IMG/VR virus record: IMGVR_UViG_3300045911_000181
Location: 1-56,720 of that record
Direction: 5' to 3' (one strand)
Length of the DNA: 56,720 nucleotides
Source: a virus
Taxonomy: Duplodnaviria; Caudoviricetes
Shown: positions 46,665-55,939 of the stretch, one piece after another
Numbering within the stretch: position 1 is the first letter of the stretch
Layout: every line of letters begins with the position of its first letter
Notes under the pieces: generated by a model
Told to the model about the DNA's origin: nothing
Database searches by the model: none
The model's input: only the letters and a program-made list of their open reading frames with translations
Made by a program: the position numbers and the translations under genes

Positions 46665-47072
46665 ATGGACTTCGCTAACCTGACAAATGATAACGTGTTG
46701 CTCTACGCGATACGCGCCTATGACAACCCTTCGGCACACGGGTCGAAAGAGTTTGAAGAAGACTTCGAGCGCTTCAAGTATGTCAAACGACTCTTGAAGC
46801 GCTATGTCAAGAAAGGCGTTATCAAAGAGCGGCTGGTGCTGAATCACATCACGATTCTGTACAACGTTTTCGGGCTGGCATCTACGCGAATCTTGTTTCT
46901 GAAAATGGAGCCGGAACTGTATCCGGCTCTGAAGACTTTCTTGATCGCGATCAGTTTTATGCCGGATCTGGTGACGGGAATCAACGGGAAGACGATTCGG
47001 TCCAGCGACATTATGCCGGACCCGATTTTGGTGAATCTCATCCGAAACAGCACGCGGGCAATTGCAGCATGA
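46665..47072 (+). CDS. conserved T4-like phage hypothetical protein
   Basis: LT..N..LYA...Y.NP...EF.ED..RFKY.KRL..RY...ERL.LNHI..LYNVFG. Confidence 0.8.
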   Translation: MDFANLTNDNVLLYAIRAYDNPSAHGSKEFEEDFERFKYVKRLLKRYVKKGVIKERLVLNHITILYNVFGLASTRILFLKMEPELYPALKTFLIAISFMPDLVTGINGKTIRSSDIMPDPILVNLIRNSTRAIAA

Positions 47073-47635
47073 GCATCATAGACACATGGATCGTATATCG
47101 CGTACTTCGAATCCTTTCAACGTCATGGGACGAAATGGATGCGTTCAAGTATGGGATCATCGACGCCAGTGGTCATGTGTTGCGAAAGCAAAAGGAACTT
47201 CGGAAGCCGGAAGAGAAAGCCGCTTACACGCTCTTGCATCGGCTGGTTTTCAATTTGAAGCGGATTCTGGAGAAGTTGCCATTCGGTAAAACCAAGCTGG
47301 CCCGGTACGCGACCGCGCTCTTCTTGTTGAAGGAACATGTGAATACTCGAAGGGGAAAATGGATGTTGGAAGAAGGATTCAAAACATTTCTGGCAAAGCA
47401 TGCCAATGAAGCGGTGGTCATCAAGGAATCCGCGCCCGTTGGCCTTCCGGCTGGCCGGTACAAGATCCTGAACCACATGCTTGATACGGACTCCCGGATT
47501 GTCAAGGCTGGATCGATCATCAATGTCCGCAAACCGGTCAAGGGTCAGTTTGTGATGGGTGTGGAAGTGTTTCCGGTCATGACGACGACCGGACAAGAGT
47601 TGGCCGTCAGCCACGACGATATTGAGGCAGTGTGA
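47069..47635 (+). CDS. conserved T4-like phage protein upstream of primase
   Basis: AFKYGIID..G, AYT.LHRLVFNLKR, LA.YA.AL.LLKE. Confidence 0.8.
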   Translation: MSIIDTWIVYRVLRILSTSWDEMDAFKYGIIDASGHVLRKQKELRKPEEKAAYTLLHRLVFNLKRILEKLPFGKTKLARYATALFLLKEHVNTRRGKWMLEEGFKTFLAKHANEAVVIKESAPVGLPAGRYKILNHMLDTDSRIVKAGSIINVRKPVKGQFVMGVEVFPVMTTTGQELAVSHDDIEAV

Positions 47636-48318
47636 TGAAGACCTATCGACAATTCAAAGAAGAAATTGGAAACACCGCCGGTAGTGGTGCTATCGCCGGT
47701 ATCGGTGTCGGGCCGCAAGGCGAACCCGGCGTGAACGTCAAAGACGATGAATTGCGGTCTAGTTCATTGGCGGCGAAGACTCCGGTCTGGCCGATGATGA
47801 AGCGCAAGAAACCGACCGGTCTGGATGAGGACGTGAAGCTGAATCCAGCCGAACTCAACATTCTGGATCTGTTTGTCACGGAAACCCTGTTCTTGAAAGG
47901 GGCAAACGTTGGGAAGGTGAAACGACGGATCAGCGGCGAACAGGTCAAATGGCGCGCACTCGAATCCTTGCTGGACAAAAAGATGATTGACCATCAGGTC
48001 AATACCAACCTTGGTGACGGTTACGCGGCAACCCCATTGGGGTTCGCGTATTGGAAGAAGAGCAAGCAACTCAAAGAGGATCTATTTGCCGGTGCTGAAG
48101 TGTTTGACGTGTCGCCGGAAGTGTTTTCGAACTGCCGTCTTGGAAAGCTACGCTACCACCGGTGGGCACGATACGTGGGCGACGACATGATCGGTCAAAA
48201 GATCCGCGCTTATGGCGTCGCCAATCCGAACAAGAGCATTGTGATCCGGGACAAACGTACCGGCGCAATGATGTTTCTACGTCACGCTACTCTTCCGTCG
48301 TTTGCGTCGTTCTGTTAG
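47632..48318 (+). CDS. putative head-associated protein
   Basis: MKTYRQFKEE; N..GSG.IAG; FAG..VF.V...CR.GK..Y.RW..YV. Confidence 0.7.
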   Translation: MMKTYRQFKEEIGNTAGSGAIAGIGVGPQGEPGVNVKDDELRSSSLAAKTPVWPMMKRKKPTGLDEDVKLNPAELNILDLFVTETLFLKGANVGKVKRRISGEQVKWRALESLLDKKMIDHQVNTNLGDGYAATPLGFAYWKKSKQLKEDLFAGAEVFDVSPEVFSNCRLGKLRYHRWARYVGDDMIGQKIRAYGVANPNKSIVIRDKRTGAMMFLRHATLPSFASFC

Positions 48319-49151
48319 ATCAGACCGCAATCTTTCAACAGATCAAGATCCTTGCCGGTGCTGGTTAGGAGCGCAATGTTCTTCTTTTCGATGGCGTCCA
48401 GCATCGCTAATCCAAGCTGGTCTTGGGGCACCATCTTCTGATAGATTTCCTCAAACGCTGCGAAGTCTTTGATGAAACAGTGACCGCCCGCGCCTCGACC
48501 GCTCTTGTGCATTGGGTCCAAGTGCGTCGCCCCCAAGCGGGGATCGGCGGCGATGGCTTCTTTGATCTGTTTCCAATCCAGCGTCAATGACTGAGAGAGA
48601 TCGTACAGCACATTCGTGAATATCACTTTCAGATAGAGCAGACAGTTGCCCGCGTACTTGACCAGTTCGGCGGCGGAACTGTCCATGATCGTGTTGAATG
48701 GTGCTTTTGGCAACACGCTGAGCACCGCTTCCGCACGCTCTCGGTAGGCTTCAGTGTCCACGGGAATCCCGACGATGTTCCGCATGGGGTTGGCCGCGTC
48801 ATATTTGGCCGTCGCTTCCACCAGAAATTCAGGCGAATGAAAGACGAAGAGATCCGGGAATCGGGCCTGAAGATCCTTGGTGGTGCCGGGGATCATCGTG
48901 GATTTGATGACAGCAGTGGTGCCGGGGCTAAGAAGTTTCAGGCATGCGGCGACGATGGAAGAGTCAAATCCTTCGGATGTCGTGGGTGTCGGCACTGCGA
49001 TAAACACGATGTCGCATTCCTTGATGGCTTCTCGATTTGCGTTGTAGGGTGGTTCGAGTGCGTAGCGGGTGACCGGGAAGCCTCTGCTTTCAAGGTCGTC
49101 TGAGTAGTTTTTTCCAATCCAGCCTTGGCCGATGAAACCGATTTTGTGCAT
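48315..49151 (-). CDS. UDP-glucose/GDP-mannose dehydrogenase family protein lacking the C-terminal domain
   Basis: GFIGQGWIG, FIAVPTP, IKST..PG, SPEFL, AELVKY..N, GAGGHCFIKD. Confidence 0.88.
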   Translation of the reverse strand: MHKIGFIGQGWIGKNYSDDLESRGFPVTRYALEPPYNANREAIKECDIVFIAVPTPTTSEGFDSSIVAACLKLLSPGTTAVIKSTMIPGTTKDLQARFPDLFVFHSPEFLVEATAKYDAANPMRNIVGIPVDTEAYRERAEAVLSVLPKAPFNTIMDSSAAELVKYAGNCLLYLKVIFTNVLYDLSQSLTLDWKQIKEAIAADPRLGATHLDPMHKSGRGAGGHCFIKDFAAFEEIYQKMVPQDQLGLAMLDAIEKKNIALLTSTGKDLDLLKDCGLI

Positions 49152-49184
49152 AGCTGAAGGTATCTATCATAAAGAGAGTCTTCA

Positions 49185-50276
49185 ATGAGCCTTCTGACCG
49201 ATATCCAATTTGCGGGCCGGGTGTCAGTCTACGTCCGTAACTTCAAGCAAAAAGGGGACTTCATCTGGAATTTCTCTTGTCCGATCTGTGGGGATTCCAA
49301 GAAGAAGCGGGGCAAGGCGCGCGGATATCTTTACCGGGTTGAAGACCGGCTGTTGTTCAAATGTCACAATTGTGAGTTGCCGCCCATGTCATTGGGCCGC
49401 TTCTTCCAACAGCTTGACGAAACCCTTTACAAAGAGTACATCGTCGCATCGGCCATAGAACGCAATAAGGGCCGCGCCGGGCGTCCGAAGAAGGATTGGA
49501 AGGAAGAGATCCGGGACATGGACTTCAGTCGTCCTGTGGTCGTTGTAGACCCCTTTGCGGGCCTTCCTACACTGGCGTCGCTCCCGGACGATCACCCGGC
49601 GAAGGCATACATCGTCAACCGTAAGATACCAAACTCGTTTCTCGATGTGTTGCTGTACGCCGAAGACTTCGCAGCGGTGGTGGACAAATGGAAGCCGAAT
49701 GGCCCGGCGTTGGTTCACGAACCGCGCATCATCATTCCGTTTCGGAACCGAAAGCGGATCTTGGCGATTCAGGGTCGTAGTTTAGAGCCTGATGCCGCAT
49801 TGCGGTACATCACGATCAAAGCGGATGATGACACACCCAAGATTTTCGGCTTGGATCGAATTGATCTGAACGCGGATCGAATCTATGTTCTCGAAGGACC
49901 GTTCGACAGCATGTTCTTACCGAATGCTCTGGCGATGGCGGGTGCTGATCTGCCGAAGATTCTTCCCAAGCACAAAACGATTGTGGTATATGACGACGAA
50001 CCACACAATGCGGAAATCGTTGCCAAGATGGACGCGGCAATCCGATATGGATACCGGGTGTGCATCTGGCCGCGCCGCCAACAGAACACAAGACGTAAGG
50101 ACATCAATCAGATGGTCTTGGACGGGCAGACACCAGAAGAGATCCGCCAGATCATCGAAGAAAACAGCTATTCCGGCACGGCGGCTAAGATGTGGCTGAC
50201 TAAATGGAGAAGAGACGATTATGAACGACGAACTCAGCAAAATCGAAGCAAGCGAAACCGAATTGCCGGGAACTGA
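49185..50276 (+). CDS. 61: DNA primase gp61
   Basis: CPICGDS...FKCHNC, RIIIPF, QGRSL, RYITIK, EGPFDS, DDEP.N, KDINQM. Confidence 0.95.
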   Translation: MSLLTDIQFAGRVSVYVRNFKQKGDFIWNFSCPICGDSKKKRGKARGYLYRVEDRLLFKCHNCELPPMSLGRFFQQLDETLYKEYIVASAIERNKGRAGRPKKDWKEEIRDMDFSRPVVVVDPFAGLPTLASLPDDHPAKAYIVNRKIPNSFLDVLLYAEDFAAVVDKWKPNGPALVHEPRIIIPFRNRKRILAIQGRSLEPDAALRYITIKADDDTPKIFGLDRIDLNADRIYVLEGPFDSMFLPNALAMAGADLPKILPKHKTIVVYDDEPHNAEIVAKMDAAIRYGYRVCIWPRRQQNTRRKDINQMVLDGQTPEEIRQIIEENSYSGTAAKMWLTKWRRDDYERRTQQNRSKRNRIAGN

Positions 50277-50529
50277 AGCGCTGGACGCGGATGGTCTGGA
50301 AGAATTTGAACTGACGCTGAACAATATGGACGGCGTGGAAGAATACGACACTCTTATGGAGAGTGAGTACGAAGAGCGGACCATTTACACGAAGGCCCGG
50401 AGTCTCGAAGAGGCGACAGAGAAATTCACGGAGTACTTCGACCGGCTGGTCGAAACGCACGGATACAATGGCGTGCGTCCGATGACGCTGTGGTTGTTCC
50501 ATCGCATTCAAGACGGAACCCGAATTTAA
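50221..50529 (+). CDS. acidic hypothetical protein
   Basis: 102-aa ORF with RBS-like GGAG upstream. Confidence 0.6.
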   Translation: MNDELSKIEASETELPGTEALDADGLEEFELTLNNMDGVEEYDTLMESEYEERTIYTKARSLEEATEKFTEYFDRLVETHGYNGVRPMTLWLFHRIQDGTRI

Positions 50530-50547
50530 CCGCCCGGAGATCAGGGT

Positions 50548-50781
50548 ATGTTGGATCTAGTGCAAGTACCTGATGAGTTGATCGCACAGATGACTATTCG
50601 CCAACGCGAAGAGTATCTGACCATCCTCGAACAGCAAAAGACACTGGTCGGACAGGCTATTTCTTTGCTCGAACGGATCGCGAACAATCGGGTGATAACA
50701 CATACTCCCCGTCGTTGCCGACACAAATCCAAATATGAATCTACGCATTCTCAAGAAAGAGGCCACACTCGAAACAGGTGA
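50548..50781 (+). CDS. small coiled-coil protein
   Basis: 77-aa ORF. Confidence 0.5.
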   Translation: MLDLVQVPDELIAQMTIRQREEYLTILEQQKTLVGQAISLLERIANNRVITHTPRRCRHKSKYESTHSQERGHTRNR

Positions 50782-52027
50782 TCTGAGCCGGGTCCTGTTT
50801 CTACTCCCATCAGAAAATGAACCGACCGCTGAAGACCTTGCAATGTTGCAAGCTCTTTACTCCCGCGATCCAAGGCCAATCGACGCGGCTGTGAAGTTGC
50901 TGAAGACATCCAAGTCCGGCGACTTCATGAACAAGTTCTATGTCGGCTACGGACACGAATCCATCGCCGAACTTGGCGATGTCGTGATCGCCGTGGAGAA
51001 CGTACCGATGCCGGTGGCAAAGCTGATTCAGCACTACCAGCTTTACAAGGGTCAGGAGTGCTCCACCCGGTACATCGACTTCAGCAATCAACCCTTCATC
51101 GCGCGCACGGGCGCGGGGAAGACATACCAAGAGAAGTTGCGGGCCTTCTATCTGAAGGCGTTAGAGCCGACGACCGAACACTTGATCGCCCGGTTTGGTA
51201 TTGATCGCAACGACGCCAACGAAATGCGTGGCGCGAAAGCGGCGGCATTTGATGTGCTCCGGGGATTCCTGCCCAATGGTGCTGTCACCAATCTGGCGTG
51301 GAAGACCGATCTTCGCTACCTCAACAACCGTTTGCACGCGCTGAGTGACCACATCGAAGAGTTCCCGGAACTCAAAGTGGTCATCGACAAGATCCGCGCG
51401 CTTGCGATGGAAGCCTTCCCCAATTCAATCCGTGAACAGCGGAACGTGAATACCGATCCACTCGAATGGCCGTTCGGTGCGGGAATGTCGGAGTTTTGGA
51501 TGTCTGATGTCAAGTACATCCCGTTGCGCCCTGTCAACGGAGAACAGCGCGGCATCATTGAATGGACTGATACCATTGACTTCGCTTCGTGGCGCGATTT
51601 GGCCCGGCACCGGAGCGTTTATCAGACTTTCCCGGTGATCGGCACCGACTATGGATTTGAATGGTGGTATCACGACCAGTTGCCGGAAAGTCTTCAAGAT
51701 GAAGCCTATGCGTTGGTCCAAGAAGCTCATACCGTCAAAGACGATGTGTACGCCATTCCGATGGGATTCAAAGTCCCGTTCGTTGTGTCCGGCCCATTGG
51801 AGAAGTTCCGCTACATCATCCGGCTTCGTTCTGGTCTGACGGTACATCCGACGCTTCGCCACGCGATTTACTTTTTGGCGGGGCGGTTGACGGCACAATT
51901 CGGATTGACGTTCTCCCGTCTCAATAGCTTGACGTGGGTCGTCGGTGGTAAGCGCGGAACGCAAGACATCGTTCAGAAGGAAGAGACTCCGCGCAATCCC
52001 GTGCTGCTACAGGAGAACGAAAAATGA
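50735..52027 (+). CDS. thyX: FAD-dependent thymidylate synthase, tandem ThyX-type
   Basis: ALYSR, YVGYGHESIA, QECSTRYIDF, FDVLRGFLP, RDLARHRS, LRS..TVHP. Confidence 0.8.
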   Translation: MNLRILKKEATLETGDLSRVLFLLPSENEPTAEDLAMLQALYSRDPRPIDAAVKLLKTSKSGDFMNKFYVGYGHESIAELGDVVIAVENVPMPVAKLIQHYQLYKGQECSTRYIDFSNQPFIARTGAGKTYQEKLRAFYLKALEPTTEHLIARFGIDRNDANEMRGAKAAAFDVLRGFLPNGAVTNLAWKTDLRYLNNRLHALSDHIEEFPELKVVIDKIRALAMEAFPNSIREQRNVNTDPLEWPFGAGMSEFWMSDVKYIPLRPVNGEQRGIIEWTDTIDFASWRDLARHRSVYQTFPVIGTDYGFEWWYHDQLPESLQDEAYALVQEAHTVKDDVYAIPMGFKVPFVVSGPLEKFRYIIRLRSGLTVHPTLRHAIYFLAGRLTAQFGLTFSRLNSLTWVVGGKRGTQDIVQKEETPRNPVLLQENEK

Positions 52028-52845
52028 ACGGAACCGGAACCGCAAAGACACTTGAAGCGGCGGTGGAGAACATCACGCCGCCCAAGGCCCGCGAATATCT
52101 CAAGCTGAACAAGCCCAACAATCGGAACATGAGCAACACGATTGTTCGTGGCTACCGGGCAGACATGCTCAGCTATAATTTCAAACTGACCGGCGAACCG
52201 ATTCAGTTCGATGTGAATGGTGTTCTGGTCAATGGACAACACCGCATGGAAGCGCTGGCGGGAATCCCTGACGATACATTCTCGGTTCCCATGTTGGTCG
52301 TGCGGAATGTCCCGGAAGATGCTTTTCGCTACATGGACAATGGTCTACGCCGGTCCACGTCACAGGTCGCACAGATGGAAAACATTCCCTATGCGTCAAT
52401 CGTGGCGTCGGTTGGTCGCATTCTCTACATCATGGAGAACTACGGCCCGCAATACCTGAAGGGCGGAAAGAACCCGACACGGATTCAGATCCTCGATTAC
52501 GTGCGGAACAACTTCGAACTGATGCAACGTGCTTCGCAGATCGCGGACGGTTGCCGGGATCTGGTCATGCAGAGCGTCACCGGTGCGTGCTTCTGTCTCT
52601 TCTACAAACAGAGCGGACCTTCGGCGGAAACATTCTTCGAACGTTTGCGCACCGGCGTGAACCTGACGGAAACCGATCCCGTGTATCACCTTCGCCAGCG
52701 GTTGATTACCAATCGTGCCCGGCGCGGAAAGCTGGCACAGGTAGACCTCATGGCGCTGTTCATTCTGGCGTGGAAGGCTTTCTTGAATGGAAAGCCGATG
52801 CGTAAACTATACTGGAAAGAGGGAACAGAGTTCCCGATCCTCTAA
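52024..52845 (+). CDS. ParB-like N-terminal domain protein
   Basis: ITP..A.EYL, NNR, GEPI.F...G.L.NGQHR..A, D.G..RS. Confidence 0.75.
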   Translation: MNGTGTAKTLEAAVENITPPKAREYLKLNKPNNRNMSNTIVRGYRADMLSYNFKLTGEPIQFDVNGVLVNGQHRMEALAGIPDDTFSVPMLVVRNVPEDAFRYMDNGLRRSTSQVAQMENIPYASIVASVGRILYIMENYGPQYLKGGKNPTRIQILDYVRNNFELMQRASQIADGCRDLVMQSVTGACFCLFYKQSGPSAETFFERLRTGVNLTETDPVYHLRQRLITNRARRGKLAQVDLMALFILAWKAFLNGKPMRKLYWKEGTEFPIL

Positions 52846-52847
52846 CT

Positions 52848-53344
52848 ATGCGTTTACTCATCACATCACTACTTTTCGTCGCGTCGATGTTCGGCCAGAC
52901 GAAAAACGATTTGTTCGTCATGGCCGGGTCCAGCTTCTTCAGACCCGGCCTTGCGGCGAAATCCTCTTTCAACATCGGATACGGCTACTTGCCGGACAAG
53001 TTGAAGGGCAACAAATTCATCAACGAACTCACGGTCGGCTACACCTATGAGAACTGTGGTTCCGGTTTCTGGCCCACGGGTAACGGTGGATGTCACACCC
53101 CGGCGGTGGGCGTCATGCGGAACTTCGACGTGCATCCGAAACTCACCATCTATGGGTGCAAGCCGGTACGACGGGCATCACAGGCGGAAAAGATGTGGCG
53201 TGGCGATTCTATTCTGGCTACAGCGCCGGAACGATATATAAGCTACCACACAACTATTCCATCTGGACGCAAGTGACTCTAAACAAAGTAGTTACGGCCC
53301 CGGTGTATCCGAACGTAATGACGGGATTGACGAAGAGTTGGTAG
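52848..53344 (+). pseudogene. outer-membrane beta-barrel protein with a frameshift near 53155
   Basis: Signal peptide; alternating strands (FNIGYGY, VGYTY); second frame WVQAG...VMTGLTKSW* ends in an aromatic residue. Confidence 0.65.
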
Positions 53345-53357
53345 TGGTCTGATCTTC

Positions 53358-53485
53358 TAAATACCCGACAGCTTTTAAGATTCACTAGCTGTTCCAAACC
53401 GACAGAATCTCATTGGCGGGCGCGTCAGCATCGCTGCCTGACGCGCCATTTTTGTCGCCAAAAATACGTGGCGAAGGAAGGAGTA
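53358..53485 (+). promoter_or_regulatory. late promoter and structured leader of the RNR gene
   Basis: TAAATA 53358-53363; ACAGCT/AGCTGT stem; GGCGCGTCAG/CTGACGCGCC stem plus ATTTTT. Confidence 0.55.
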
Positions 53486-55351
53486 ATGAACAAAGACTGG
53501 TCTAATCTTGCGAAAATTGTTTATCGCAGAACGTATGCCCGGCGTGATAACGGCGTTTTAGAGGGATGGAAGGATACGGTTGATCGTGTGATTGCCGGGA
53601 ACACCCGACATGTCCCGGTGACAGAGCAAGAGAAGGAACGTTTGCGGTATTTCATGATGAACCGCAAAGCGATTCCGGCGGGACGTGGCCTATGGTTTTC
53701 CGGCGCACCGTCGCATGAACGAATTGGTGGTTGTGCTCTGAACAACTGCTACTACTTCAACACAGCCGATTGGAACAATTTCGTCATTGCCCAAGACATG
53801 TTGATGCTTGGCGGCGGTGTTGGGATGAGTGTGGAGAATCGATTCGTTTCGAAGTTGCCCAAGGTGAAGCGCGATGTGACCATCGTCCACAAGGGATCGA
53901 ACGACGCGGACTTCATCGTGCCGGACTCCCGTGAAGGTTGGTGTGAACTCACCCGTCGTGTGCTCGAATCGTTTTTCGTGACTGGAAGATCCTTTTCGTA
54001 TTCCACGGTCTGCATTCGTGGCTACGGTCAGCAGATCAAAGGTTTTGGTGGTGTGGCGTCTGGCCCGATTCCGTTGATTGCCTTTGTGGAAAAGCTGTGC
54101 AAGATCCTTCAGGAACGTGAAGGCAAGCACATCCGTCCTTTGGACGCGGCGGACATCATCTGTGTCACCGGCGAAATGGTCGTGGCTGGCAACGTCCGGC
54201 GCTCCGCGATCATCGTCCTTGGCGATCCCTATGACAAGGTGTATCTGGCCGCGAAGCGGTGGTCCCTTGGCAACATCCCGACGTACCGGGCATTCGCCAA
54301 TTTCAGCGTCGTTGTAGACGACGTGGAAGACCTTCACCCGGCCTTCTGGAAGACCTATGAAGACGGAGAGCCGTTCGGCATCGTCAATCGCAGCAACATC
54401 CAGAAGTATGGCCGCATGGGTGAATTGAAGCCCGACACCGCTGAAGGTGTGAATCCTTGTGCGGAAGCGACGCTGGAATCTGGTGAGAACTGCAACCTTC
54501 AGGAAATTCCGTTGATGAATCTGGAAGACGAAGGAGAATTCATCGAAGCGGCCCGGCTCATGCATCGCTACGGCAAGCGTGTTGCGATGGAAACGTACCA
54601 CCAGCCGACGATTCAATCCGTTGTTCATCGGAACATGCGCATCGGCACGGGCATCACTGGATGCTTGGCAAGCCCGCTGTTCAATCCGAAGACCTTGGAT
54701 AAGGTGTATGCCGCGATCCAAGAAGAGAACATGCGGTATTCGAAGGAACTCAAGGTGCCGGAATCCATCCGCACCACCGTGGTGAAGCCTTCCGGTACGG
54801 TTAGCAAGTTGCTTGACCAGCACGGTTACGAAGGCATTCACCCGGCGTTCTCCCGGTACATCATTCAGCGTGTTCGTTTCGCGACTGACGATCCGTTGAT
54901 CCCGATCCTCCGTGCTGCCAAGCACCAGATGGAACCGGTGATCCGGTTTGACGGCACCTACGACAACAACACAACGGTGGTGGATTTCTACGTGGAAGCA
55001 CCGGAAGGCATGCCGGTCGCGGACGAAGATTGGGACACGTGGAAGCAATTGGATGTCGTCAAGATGGCCCAACAGCATTGGGCGGATCAGTCGGTGTCCG
55101 TAACGGTCTACTACAAGAAGGAAGAGATTCCCGAACTGAAGGCGTGGTTGGCTGAGAATCTTCAGTACATCAAGACCATCAGCTTCTTGTGTCATTCGGA
55201 TCATGGTTTCAAGCAAGCCCCGAAAGAGAAGATCAGCAAGGAACAGTTCCAGCGCTTGTCTTCGCGGGTCAAACCTATCGATTTCGATCAGATCGCCGAA
55301 GGTGATCTGGAGTCACAAGAATGTGTGTCGGGTGCTTGCCCGATTCGCTAA
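53486..55351 (+). CDS. nrdJ: class II (B12-dependent) ribonucleotide reductase
   Basis: RRTYAR, PAGRGLW, LNNC, GGGVG, VVAGNVRRSA, NPCAE, CNL.E, TVVKPSGTVS, C-terminal C..GACPIR. Confidence 0.95.
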   Translation: MNKDWSNLAKIVYRRTYARRDNGVLEGWKDTVDRVIAGNTRHVPVTEQEKERLRYFMMNRKAIPAGRGLWFSGAPSHERIGGCALNNCYYFNTADWNNFVIAQDMLMLGGGVGMSVENRFVSKLPKVKRDVTIVHKGSNDADFIVPDSREGWCELTRRVLESFFVTGRSFSYSTVCIRGYGQQIKGFGGVASGPIPLIAFVEKLCKILQEREGKHIRPLDAADIICVTGEMVVAGNVRRSAIIVLGDPYDKVYLAAKRWSLGNIPTYRAFANFSVVVDDVEDLHPAFWKTYEDGEPFGIVNRSNIQKYGRMGELKPDTAEGVNPCAEATLESGENCNLQEIPLMNLEDEGEFIEAARLMHRYGKRVAMETYHQPTIQSVVHRNMRIGTGITGCLASPLFNPKTLDKVYAAIQEENMRYSKELKVPESIRTTVVKPSGTVSKLLDQHGYEGIHPAFSRYIIQRVRFATDDPLIPILRAAKHQMEPVIRFDGTYDNNTTVVDFYVEAPEGMPVADEDWDTWKQLDVVKMAQQHWADQSVSVTVYYKKEEIPELKAWLAENLQYIKTISFLCHSDHGFKQAPKEKISKEQFQRLSSRVKPIDFDQIAEGDLESQECVSGACPIR

Positions 55352-55374
55352 ACTGAAGAGCAATTCGTCAATGT

Positions 55375-55401
55375 GGCCGGGCCTTCGGGTCCGGCCTTTT
55401 T
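55375..55401 (+). terminator. Rho-independent terminator (repeated element, copy 3)
   Basis: GGCCGGGCC-TTCG-GGTCCGGCC-TTTTT. Confidence 0.9.
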
Positions 55402-55434
55402 CTTGAACAACGGGGTTCCTGTAAATATCAACCG

Positions 55435-55716
55435 ATGGCAGAATCGATCAGCATTTCCGTGGAGTTTGCTTCGTACAGCCGCACCAAGGACAACGAATAT
55501 CTTGGCGAAGAAAAGTTCACGGGTACTCGTTTGACCCAACTGGCACACAGCATCGCGGCGCACATGCTCCCCCTCGAACGATTTCATTCCGGGGTCGAAT
55601 TTGAGATCGTGTCCTACCATCGGCAAGACGTGTCTTTTGACTCCCGGTGCAAGCGGCAATTGGAAGGCATGACTGAAATTTTCCGGGTCCTTGTAGATCA
55701 AGTACTTAAGCGATAA
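55435..55716 (+). CDS. hypothetical protein
   Basis: TAAATA 7 nt upstream of the ATG. Confidence 0.6.
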   Translation: MAESISISVEFASYSRTKDNEYLGEEKFTGTRLTQLAHSIAAHMLPLERFHSGVEFEIVSYHRQDVSFDSRCKRQLEGMTEIFRVLVDQVLKR

Positions 55717-55762
55717 CAGCACTTGTATGTCAAAAAAATGCGGACGCCTAAACAGTGTCAGC

Positions 55763-55939
55763 ATGAGTGACTTTCGGAAACTTAGCATCATTTGCCAATA
55801 CTGCGAATCGACGTTTGTTCTTCGATTTGATGAAGCCTTTGACGGGCCGCAATTTTGCCCTTTTTGCGGAGAGCCATTGGACCTAGAAGATGATGACGAT
55901 GAAGACCTAGAACCAGCGGATGAGGACGATGACGACTAA
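55763..55939 (+). CDS. small zinc-ribbon protein with acidic tail
   Basis: CQYC...CPFCG. Confidence 0.8.
   Translation: MSDFRKLSIICQYCESTFVLRFDEAFDGPQFCPFCGEPLDLEDDDDEDLEPADEDDDD

Noticed and set aside
34001-55351. Inteins, introns or homing endonucleases in gp43, gp41 or nrdJ
   Set aside because: Lengths and motif spacing look normal; no intein or endonuclease motifs seen
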